Positions 46,035 to 54,132 of a DNA stretch of 64,000 nucleotides are shown here, in pieces. Within the stretch, counting starts at the first letter, position 1; every line of letters begins with the position of its first letter. The stretch spans positions 26,494-90,493 of IMG/VR virus record IMGVR_UViG_3300027969_002350. One strand, written 5' to 3'. Source of the DNA: a virus. The notes under the pieces are model-generated. The model worked only from the letters and a program-made list of their open reading frames with translations. It was not told the DNA's origin and made no database searches. Both the position numbers and the translations under genes were made by a program.

Positions 46035-46969
46035 TAATATAATTTGTATTGTTTAATATAATTAGCCAATTCTTTTGCCCAAGCTTCGTGTGCTTCGGGG
46101 CTAGGATGCCAGCCAACTAAAGGAGGAACAACTGTATTCATAGGATTTTCAATATAGCTCTTAAACGTATTAGCAGGTTGATTTTTTTTATAGAATCTAA
46201 TTGGATTTATACTATCCCATAAAGCAGAATAATCATTAATATGTATAATACGTTTTAAAGGATTTGTAGTCTGTTGATATTCGTGGCCACCTATTCTTCC
46301 TTTAATTTTTTCTATCTCATCTTTAATATTTAAATCTTGCCATTGGCCCGGAGATGCATTTGGTGTTTGATAAAAGCTATTAAAACACATCCACTTAATA
46401 TTATGTGCTTCGCAAAAATTTTGTAATTGTAAAACATTTAATACATAACGCGGAATATATTCTTCGGCGTTCCATAAATATGCTACATATAATTCCCAAA
46501 ATTTTTCTTGTTCTTTACTTTGGAAATGCGGTACTTGTGGCCATAGTCTAAAAGGATGACTTAGCTGTATACTATCATCTATGTACCAAAAACTATTTCG
46601 TTCAGGACTACTCCATCCAATTATAACAAATAAATTATCAGTAGGAATATTATTTGCTAGATACTTTTGAGAGATGTAATTTATTGTTCTGCGTAAAATA
46701 GTACCGTTATCATCAGCCGGCCAACTAAGATTTGTCACTGGAACATTTAATAATTTTGCAAGATGTGTTGGAAATATTTTTGGAATTCGATATGCGTCAT
46801 TTTCTTTTAAAAAATCATATGCACCGGGATGTGTCGTAGAATCATATTGCTTTGATATTTCTGGATCTGTAATTTCACAACCAAAAACCCAACTATCACC
46901 GTCGCAGATTATTTCCGGAGGCGTATTACCATCAAACAAATCAATTAAACTTTTAGATATACCACTCAA
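46034..46969 (-). CDS. SGNH/GDSL-fold protein
   Basis: DGDSWVFG, IGWSSPER, WHPSPEAH. Confidence 0.65.
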   Translation of the reverse strand: MSGISKSLIDLFDGNTPPEIICDGDSWVFGCEITDPEISKQYDSTTHPGAYDFLKENDAYRIPKIFPTHLAKLLNVPVTNLSWPADDNGTILRRTINYISQKYLANNIPTDNLFVIIGWSSPERNSFWYIDDSIQLSHPFRLWPQVPHFQSKEQEKFWELYVAYLWNAEEYIPRYVLNVLQLQNFCEAHNIKWMCFNSFYQTPNASPGQWQDLNIKDEIEKIKGRIGGHEYQQTTNPLKRIIHINDYSALWDSINPIRFYKKNQPANTFKSYIENPMNTVVPPLVGWHPSPEAHEAWAKELANYIKQYKLY

Positions 46970-47870
46970 ACCATTTACTCCTAATTTCGTTGTAATTATA
47001 TACAGAATCTAATTTTGCTTCTACTGCGGTGCTTCTCATTACTGCATACTCAAAAGGACGACCGCCTTCTGGATGAATACTGAGTTTTGTCATGTACTTG
47101 TATAATAAACATCCCGGACCGTACCATAAGGTTGGATCCAAATTTAACCCATCTTGATTCTTTATTTGATATGTCATGGGTTTTTCTACATTATGAGTAT
47201 CATATAAATCGCCAATTAAATCCATTGTCGGGCTATCTCCATAAAATAAAACATCGTCAAAATTGTTATAATTAAATTCACTTGCAAATTTACTAATAGG
47301 AGTCGAAGTATAACACACGCCTGGCCACACTCTTTGTAAGGGAAATTTGTTTGCTGGATTATATATAACATCTAGTCTTGCTTTAATTACTAAGTCATAT
47401 TGAAAACTGTGCTGTAGTTCATACTCTCGTTTTAATAATAAACTTCTTGCAAAACTATAAAACATCGGGTCCCACGCTCTATCAAATCTTTCTTTTACAT
47501 ATTTTTCTACAATAATATCTTTTGGATTGTATGCGTTTTTTATATCATCATCATCATCATGTACTACATCAGTATACACAGTAATATCAGTTTTTGGTAA
47601 TCTCCAAGAATTGGTGTCCCAGGTGTGAATAAAATAATCAGTTTCAACATCTAATCCAATTTCAGGATGAGGATATTCATGTTCAAAGAATCTTTTTATG
47701 TTGGCTAATGACTCTCTCCAATAGCGAGCTTGCCCGCTGAAACATACTGCTATTCTAAATTTCTTTTTAGGTGGCGGATCCGGTGGAGGTGGGATATCAA
47801 TCTTAGGTGCTACTACGTTTAGTTTGCCATTAGTCGAATCTATTTCAATATTAAATAAGCTCATGTCCAC
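46953..47870 (-). CDS. Putative glycosyltransferase-like protein (SGxxR...RxD family)
   Basis: AVCFSGQAR, FIHTW, YDLVIKARLD. Confidence 0.5.
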   Translation of the reverse strand: MDMSLFNIEIDSTNGKLNVVAPKIDIPPPPDPPPKKKFRIAVCFSGQARYWRESLANIKRFFEHEYPHPEIGLDVETDYFIHTWDTNSWRLPKTDITVYTDVVHDDDDDIKNAYNPKDIIVEKYVKERFDRAWDPMFYSFARSLLLKREYELQHSFQYDLVIKARLDVIYNPANKFPLQRVWPGVCYTSTPISKFASEFNYNNFDDVLFYGDSPTMDLIGDLYDTHNVEKPMTYQIKNQDGLNLDPTLWYGPGCLLYKYMTKLSIHPEGGRPFEYAVMRSTAVEAKLDSVYNYNEIRSKWFEWYI

Positions 47871-48696
47871 CCAATTCTCCTTCTAAGCCGGATTTTATTT
47901 TTCGATTTAAATAGTCCTGACCCCTATAAATTTTAGGATCAACTGTTAACGGACTTATTTCAATGTTAAACATCTTTGCATAAAAATATAACGCATGTTC
48001 GGTGCCGATTAAATTCTTATTAAACGTTCGTTGGCCTATGACCGGCAGCCATCTATAAAACTCACATATCCTATTAAATGTAACGCTATCAGCAAACCAA
48101 AATACATCACCCAATCTATGAAAGGGAAACTGTACATCATCCTTAGCAGTATGGCAGCTATAAAATGTATTACTATTTGGATAAACTAAGTCTTTGGAAA
48201 CAAAATGTTTAATTTGATAATCTTCAAAAAACATATCAGTTCTCATCCTAATACATACATCATATCTAAAATTGTTGTCATATTCATATTTCTTTTTTAG
48301 ATGGCTGGCATGCATTATACTATAAAATTGGCCTGCGCACCATTCCAGCTTAGTAATACCATGTTCATTTATATGTGGGAAATTTCTATCACGTGTTTCT
48401 TGAATTTTATTTTTATTTGATGTTTCGTCTTCAAATAAAAATGAAATAGGATTCAACGAAGAAACTATACTACGCTTTTCATCTTCCGATATTGTTTCGC
48501 CTGGGACCGTCATATAATCCCATCCTTCGTGCATTAATAATCTATGCGGCGGCGTATTATAATCCCACATGTGGAAAAATATATCAACTGAATCAACTTT
48601 ATAATTAGCTTTTATTGTTTCAATAAATTTGTGCCAAGTTAAATGACATTTTTCCCATGTTCGTGGCTGGCCGCTTAAACAAATAGCAACTCTCAT
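47851..48696 (-). CDS. Putative glycosyltransferase-like protein (SGxxR...RxD family)
   Basis: AICLSGQPR, FHMWD, YDVCIRMRTD. Confidence 0.5.
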   Translation of the reverse strand: MRVAICLSGQPRTWEKCHLTWHKFIETIKANYKVDSVDIFFHMWDYNTPPHRLLMHEGWDYMTVPGETISEDEKRSIVSSLNPISFLFEDETSNKNKIQETRDRNFPHINEHGITKLEWCAGQFYSIMHASHLKKKYEYDNNFRYDVCIRMRTDMFFEDYQIKHFVSKDLVYPNSNTFYSCHTAKDDVQFPFHRLGDVFWFADSVTFNRICEFYRWLPVIGQRTFNKNLIGTEHALYFYAKMFNIEISPLTVDPKIYRGQDYLNRKIKSGLEGELGGHELI

Positions 48697-50093
48697 TTAG
48701 AATTTTTCCATTTAGTGTAGTATGGCTCAAATTCTGGAAACGTTTCTAAAAAGTTAGTGCCGCGACGTTTATCATGTTCATCAACGAATGCAACTAAATC
48801 TTTTTGATATACTGTTACTTCCTCGGGATCTTTTTGATTCATAGTTAATTCATATATGCGTTTAAATTTTTCTGCCTCCCATTTAAAGAATCCTTGATTA
48901 GCACTTCCGTACCATTCACCATTTTCTAAATTACGATACATCATTGTTACTTGATCAAAAATATACTCTTTAGCCCATGACGATGGCATAACATGAAAGA
49001 TACTTTGATGTGCCGGGTGTCTTAGAAACGGTGCATCTAAAATTAACGGGGCATGAACTGCATCGTGTCCTCCAAATTCGTTTTTAATAGCTAATACATC
49101 TTGTAAGAACAACGAATAAGTGGGAATACTAAGCACATTGTACGTACTCATGATAGTAATAGTACACTCGGGTATTTCTTTTAACACTCTGCGAATATTA
49201 CTTAACCATAAATCATAATTTAAGCCGTCACGTATATATTCTGCTGCCTTACCATGAGCATCACAGCTTGTAAAGATTTTAAACTTTTTAACTTTCTTTT
49301 CTTCACAGATAATTTTAACCTTTTCAAGGAACTTGTCAAATAACTGTGATGGTACACACAAGTTACTATTAATACTCAAATGTATATCTGGGTTAGGATT
49401 CTCGATCACATAATCAAGAACTTTAAAGGTATCCTTACTTAGTAACGGCTCGCCGCCGGTTACACGAAAATGCTGTAACTCTTTATAAACTGTGGGCCAC
49501 CATTTCCAAAATGCGTCCACGTAAGGGTTATATTGATTATGCGGGATTGGCATTTGGTCAATTTGTTTTAGTCCTGCAATATCATTAAAGTTGCCATGAG
49601 TAGGATAAGGACCGTGTTGTTTAATTTCTTCCATCCATAGGCTACTCACTTGTGGACTACAATAGCTACATTTAAAATTACAGACGTTACTAAAACTAAC
49701 TTCTAAATAACTTGGAGCAACATCTTGATCCCAGGGCATCTTACTTACTTCTTCAAAATGAGGCTTTGCCCATACGTCATAACTTTTGTAAATTCTATCG
49801 CTAAGAGCATCGGGGGCGCTGTCTTCTACTTTCCAACAATAGTCGCATTCTTTTGGACGTACACCTTCTAACATTAATTTACGTTGTTCTTTTTTGAACT
49901 TAGTATTATGTAACGCACTAGGATTGGCAGCTAATTCATCTAAAGGAATTTTGTGTGTAGTAGGATGATGACAACTATGGTTGTGTCCTGTCTGTAAATG
50001 CAATGTTACTTGCTTCCATTTAGCAATACAAAAACTTGGACTAACATCGTTAATCTTTTTTTGAAATGCAATGATATCTTTATTATGTTCCAT
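48693..50093 (-). CDS. Radical SAM protein with N-terminal twitch-like domain
   Basis: FCIAKW..SCHH..CDYC; CNFKCSYC; GGEP. Confidence 0.92.
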   Translation of the reverse strand: MEHNKDIIAFQKKINDVSPSFCIAKWKQVTLHLQTGHNHSCHHPTTHKIPLDELAANPSALHNTKFKKEQRKLMLEGVRPKECDYCWKVEDSAPDALSDRIYKSYDVWAKPHFEEVSKMPWDQDVAPSYLEVSFSNVCNFKCSYCSPQVSSLWMEEIKQHGPYPTHGNFNDIAGLKQIDQMPIPHNQYNPYVDAFWKWWPTVYKELQHFRVTGGEPLLSKDTFKVLDYVIENPNPDIHLSINSNLCVPSQLFDKFLEKVKIICEEKKVKKFKIFTSCDAHGKAAEYIRDGLNYDLWLSNIRRVLKEIPECTITIMSTYNVLSIPTYSLFLQDVLAIKNEFGGHDAVHAPLILDAPFLRHPAHQSIFHVMPSSWAKEYIFDQVTMMYRNLENGEWYGSANQGFFKWEAEKFKRIYELTMNQKDPEEVTVYQKDLVAFVDEHDKRRGTNFLETFPEFEPYYTKWKNSK

Positions 50094-50094
50094 A

Positions 50095-51066
50095 TTAATT
50101 TATTGAATTATTGACTTGGTTTTCTTTAACCTGGGCGCCAAGCCTGGGTGGATTAATCCAACTTTCTTTAAACATTTTGCTACCGTTGAAGTCTAATTCT
50201 GCTACCTCTAATCCTAGATTAGTGCGTAGAGATTCGCCTAACTTAAAAATTTCATCTTGTAGTTTTTTCTTATCATATGTCCAACCAGAAGTTAGACATT
50301 TTTCGTTGCCGCCCTCGAACTGTGGCTGTACACTATCTTTCCAAAATGCATCATGCCATTCAAAGTCTCGGACTAATGTAAAATCAAAATCTTGTCTAGC
50401 TAAATTTGACATGTAACATCCTAGTCTAGTTCCATACATTGCCCATAGTCCGTTGTCAATATCCGAACCAACACTGGCCCATACTAATAAACGTTTATAG
50501 TTTCTATCATGTACACGTTCTTTAAGTCTCCGCGGATCAACAAGTCCACCTCCTTCTAAGGCAAGTTTAACACCTTCTCTGAATCCTGCACGATATGCTT
50601 GATAAGCACTAGCATTGTTATGTACATCACTATAGATATTATTCATTTGATGATAGTAAATATCCCAACAAAAATCTACCTGTGCCTTGGGATCATCTGC
50701 GGCTTCGTGTGTTTTCATTTGTTCTACAACATGCTTAGGCCAAAGTTTAATTCCGCCATTACCATAAACTAATCCGTTGACAACATTTTTGCCAGCCCAT
50801 GATATAACATCGTGTCTGTTAATCCTTGTCATGTCTAATTCAATAGTTAGAAACTCGTCACGAACAATGTTGTCAGCATCAACTGTAATAAATCTATCTG
50901 TTTCGGCTGAGGCTGCGGCAGCTTTATGTGCCGCATCAAAGCCTTTGACTCCGTGTACCCGTTTGGCCCATGGTGCTTTATTGCAAAGATCAGCAAAATT
51001 TTTATCTGCGTTTGGTTCATCGTAGCTTAAAAATACGATATCAAAACTAGTAATAGGTACAAGCAT
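50095..51066 (-). CDS. Putative glycosyltransferase (GT-A-like, VDAD family)
   Basis: FLSYDEP, GVKGFDAAH, TVDAD, NGLVYGNGGIKLW. Confidence 0.6.
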   Translation of the reverse strand: MLVPITSFDIVFLSYDEPNADKNFADLCNKAPWAKRVHGVKGFDAAHKAAAASAETDRFITVDADNIVRDEFLTIELDMTRINRHDVISWAGKNVVNGLVYGNGGIKLWPKHVVEQMKTHEAADDPKAQVDFCWDIYYHQMNNIYSDVHNNASAYQAYRAGFREGVKLALEGGGLVDPRRLKERVHDRNYKRLLVWASVGSDIDNGLWAMYGTRLGCYMSNLARQDFDFTLVRDFEWHDAFWKDSVQPQFEGGNEKCLTSGWTYDKKKLQDEIFKLGESLRTNLGLEVAELDFNGSKMFKESWINPPRLGAQVKENQVNNSIN

Positions 51067-52027
51067 TTTCTTCCTCGGTATGTAAGTGAAGGTAGTTACA
51101 AAGTAATCTAACTTCTTTATCTGTACTTAATATTATTTCAAACTGATTATAATTATTAAGTTGTTCACTGTTTAATTTAATCGAACCCAGCATCTTTGCT
51201 GGATCATATTTCTGATAAAAATATAAAATAAGATCATCGCTCAATCTAAACGACTGTATATCATTTATTGTACTTTGCAATTTTAACACATTTCCATGCT
51301 GTTTGTAAAGTAAATTGGGTTTGTATTCAAAATTATTCGAAGTAGGTTGTTCAAAAAACTCTGTGCCCACTGATATAATTTGATTATCATTGTAATATAA
51401 AAAGCCAATATTTTTTAACTGTTCGGCATTATCTGGCAACCATGGACATTTGTAAGTTATTTCATGTGCTTCAAATAGTTCTTTTGTAGAGATTGTAAAT
51501 TTACCCAGTAAACGTGAAGGTTCATTTTTTTCCGTGCAATATATTTCTATATACAAAGGTAATTCTTCCAAATCTTTTTCTGTGAGTTTTTCTATTGAGA
51601 AATTGAACTTAAAAATATCGTCATCAAAACGTATATGTATATTTTTAGATACAATATCGCAGATTAAATGAATATATGAATGTTCTGCGGTAGTAGCAAA
51701 AATAAAATCAAATTCACTTTTATGTCGTTGTCTATGCTGTATTAATTCTAACAGGCCATTATCATGATTTTTTTTAATTTTTAATTTAGACAGCGATAAT
51801 TTATTATTAAATACCTTGGTTGTTAAGTTAGATGGATTTACTTTAATGATGACATTTCGACGCGATGATGCTAGTATCTCTATGGGAGAAATGCTTGCTA
51901 TACTGTAAGTCAATCGATCATATTCTACATAAACCTGCTGTTCTTTTTTTACATTTCTTTTTTTAAGAACACGAGGTTGTATATCAAACTCGTCGTCCTC
52001 GCTGGTATCTTCTAACAAATTACTCAT
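51047..52027 (-). CDS. Hypothetical protein
   Basis: 326-aa ORF in the operon; no motif recognised. Confidence 0.75.
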   Translation of the reverse strand: MSNLLEDTSEDDEFDIQPRVLKKRNVKKEQQVYVEYDRLTYSIASISPIEILASSRRNVIIKVNPSNLTTKVFNNKLSLSKLKIKKNHDNGLLELIQHRQRHKSEFDFIFATTAEHSYIHLICDIVSKNIHIRFDDDIFKFNFSIEKLTEKDLEELPLYIEIYCTEKNEPSRLLGKFTISTKELFEAHEITYKCPWLPDNAEQLKNIGFLYYNDNQIISVGTEFFEQPTSNNFEYKPNLLYKQHGNVLKLQSTINDIQSFRLSDDLILYFYQKYDPAKMLGSIKLNSEQLNNYNQFEIILSTDKEVRLLCNYLHLHTEEENACTYY

Positions 52028-52843
52028 TTATTTTTTTAAATTTAGTAAAGTTTCTTCAGTTAACCAGCCAATTGTTTCATATTTAACTAACCCTAATTGT
52101 ACAAAATTTTCAATTTTAAGAGTACTAGAGTCATTGACCCAATAAGTTAAAAATTCACTCCATCGTCTAGTCCAATTATTATTAACAAAATTATTTTCTT
52201 GTTTTGATAAATCTATACAATGCATAAAATCATATGTAGAAATTTTGCCACTGGTTATTACTTGTAATAATGATAGTACCCAGCCGACCCATATAAACTT
52301 AGGGAACGATGGCATCTCATGTTCTTTATCTGCAAAAAAATTAATATAATTGTCTTGATCATAATTGGCACATAATATAGTAGCCAGGCCAAAAATGTTA
52401 TCACAACCCTTATCTTTATTAAAAAATATAGCATTAGGAATACTACAAAGTCCAAAATTTTTTAATTCTGTACTTGGATTATTGTACAATACCGGATCTA
52501 TGATTTGACTATTAAACGAATATCGATTCCTGGGTAGTATGATAGAATCTAAACCTCTAAGATTTTCCCATACTGTAGTGTCAAATGCTGTTAATAATTG
52601 ATCAGGCAATAACGCAATAGTCTTAGTATACGGAGTTGCTAACAACGCTTGAAAATAGCATAATGTAGGATTTTTGTCTTTTAAATAGATAACTTTATCT
52701 GCTTTTATGAATTTGATATCCTTATTGTTGACAATGACGCTAACAGGACGAGTAGGATCTATTTTTTTAATACTATGAATTAATAAATCTATTTCGACTT
52801 GATTGTCTACATCTCCGTTTACTATTAGATAACCTTCACTCAT
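52028..52843 (-). CDS. Degenerate nucleotide-diphospho-sugar transferase-like protein
   Basis: GYLIV...SIK, TPYTKTIALLPD aligns with SPYKQTLMIDVD of its neighbour. Confidence 0.5.
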   Translation of the reverse strand: MSEGYLIVNGDVDNQVEIDLLIHSIKKIDPTRPVSVIVNNKDIKFIKADKVIYLKDKNPTLCYFQALLATPYTKTIALLPDQLLTAFDTTVWENLRGLDSIILPRNRYSFNSQIIDPVLYNNPSTELKNFGLCSIPNAIFFNKDKGCDNIFGLATILCANYDQDNYINFFADKEHEMPSFPKFIWVGWVLSLLQVITSGKISTYDFMHCIDLSKQENNFVNNNWTRRWSEFLTYWVNDSSTLKIENFVQLGLVKYETIGWLTEETLLNLKK

Positions 52844-53732
52844 AGATAAGTTCCTTAAGTTTAGGGTAGTGTCTTAAAATTGCCATTTTATTCATTAAGT
52901 GTATGTTTTCGTTTATTACTCTGCTACAGATATTTTTCCATAATTCTTTAGGATCAGGGCACAATAAAACGTAATCGCTGAGTGATTTAAATTCCACAAT
53001 GTCATCAATTTGTTCACTGAACCTCATTGCTTTTCCTGGAAGCTCTGATACAATATTTCCCGAATCGTGTCCGTTTAATACATGTGTTGCAATACTGGCA
53101 GCATAGTCGGTTCTGAACAATGCGCCCGGAAACTTGTACAGCCATTTATAATATTGATAATTCTCTTTGACATGTTCCCATATTCCAAAGAATAATTTAG
53201 CCACTTCACTATCGCTTCTCCAATAAACAACAGTACTCCACCACATGTCTATACCATCTGGATGTAGTTTTTGTTCCCAGATACGTGGCTTATAATTACG
53301 AACACTGATAGCATCTTTATACATTGCTAGTTCATAATTAGTATCAAATATTGTATCTAAACTATTATTGCCCACAATGTAATCAACGTCGATCATTAAA
53401 GTTTGTTTGTAAGGACTTTTTTGAAAGATGCTGTGTTTATTCTTATTATTGAATTGTGTACTAAATTCTGTCCAAGGACTATCTCTATGCATCCTTGTAT
53501 TACGTTCGTGTTGAATATCTTCTACAATAATATGGTCAAAAGTATCAGCAAGTTGCTCCATGGTTAATTCTGCTTGTAACACGTTGTATGTTTTTAAATC
53601 CGTAAGCAAGGTTACATGATTGTTTTTCATGTGACGTTTTACGTTTGATGCTGCCACAATGGCTAATTTTTCATAATCAATTTTGCCGTTGTTATATGCA
53701 ATCAGCAAAACACCTTTATCAAATTTAGGCAT
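52836..53732 (-). CDS. Nucleotide-diphospho-sugar transferase (GT-A, GT8-like)
   Basis: KGVLLIAYNN, SPYKQTLMIDVD (DxD), FRTDYA, HLMNK. Confidence 0.6.
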   Translation of the reverse strand: MPKFDKGVLLIAYNNGKIDYEKLAIVAASNVKRHMKNNHVTLLTDLKTYNVLQAELTMEQLADTFDHIIVEDIQHERNTRMHRDSPWTEFSTQFNNKNKHSIFQKSPYKQTLMIDVDYIVGNNSLDTIFDTNYELAMYKDAISVRNYKPRIWEQKLHPDGIDMWWSTVVYWRSDSEVAKLFFGIWEHVKENYQYYKWLYKFPGALFRTDYAASIATHVLNGHDSGNIVSELPGKAMRFSEQIDDIVEFKSLSDYVLLCPDPKELWKNICSRVINENIHLMNKMAILRHYPKLKELIYE

Positions 53733-54078
53733 TTAATCCAACCAATCCTTTAGTGTCTCGCTGTTTTCTTATTTTTTCATAGCTATTGTAGTATTCGTTG
53801 AGAGCTTCTGTGTATGCACTAAACAATCTAGTATGAAAATCTTCCAACGCTGTTATTAAAATTGGATTATTGTTGTCGTCGATGACAACAAACTGTTCTA
53901 CTTTTTTATCTATTAAGTGTTGAACAAAATTGATTAGTTCTAAAGTTGCAGTAAACATAGAATTAGAATACCCGATAGTTAACATCGTATTCATTCGTTG
54001 TTTTAAATTAAGTTTTTGATTGTTTAAAGTTAAGCGGTAGTTACTGAACTCTAACGCTTCTTTTAATTTGTCGTCCAT
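53725..54078 (-). CDS. Hypothetical phage protein
   Basis: GGAG RBS; preceded by TATAAATA. Confidence 0.8.
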   Translation of the reverse strand: MDDKLKEALEFSNYRLTLNNQKLNLKQRMNTMLTIGYSNSMFTATLELINFVQHLIDKKVEQFVVIDDNNNPILITALEDFHTRLFSAYTEALNEYYNSYEKIRKQRDTKGLVGLNA

Positions 54079-54106
54079 TTTGACTCCATTATATACTAGT
54101 ATAATG

Positions 54107-54114
54107 TATTTATA
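54107..54114 (-). promoter_or_regulatory. T4-like late promoter TATAAATA at the head of the enzyme cluster
   Basis: Exact consensus in the intergenic gap. Confidence 0.65.
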
Positions 54115-54132
54115 TTAGCAAAATGAAATATT

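Noticed and set aside
47765-47800. Poly-proline patch PPPPDPPPKKK
   Set aside because: Short low-complexity linker before the catalytic domain, with no further support for a function
2209-50093. Assigning the radical SAMs to MoaA, QueE, NrdG or PqqE
   Set aside because: Partner genes (moaC, queC/queD/folE, nrdD, pqq) are absent from the window and the architectures differ
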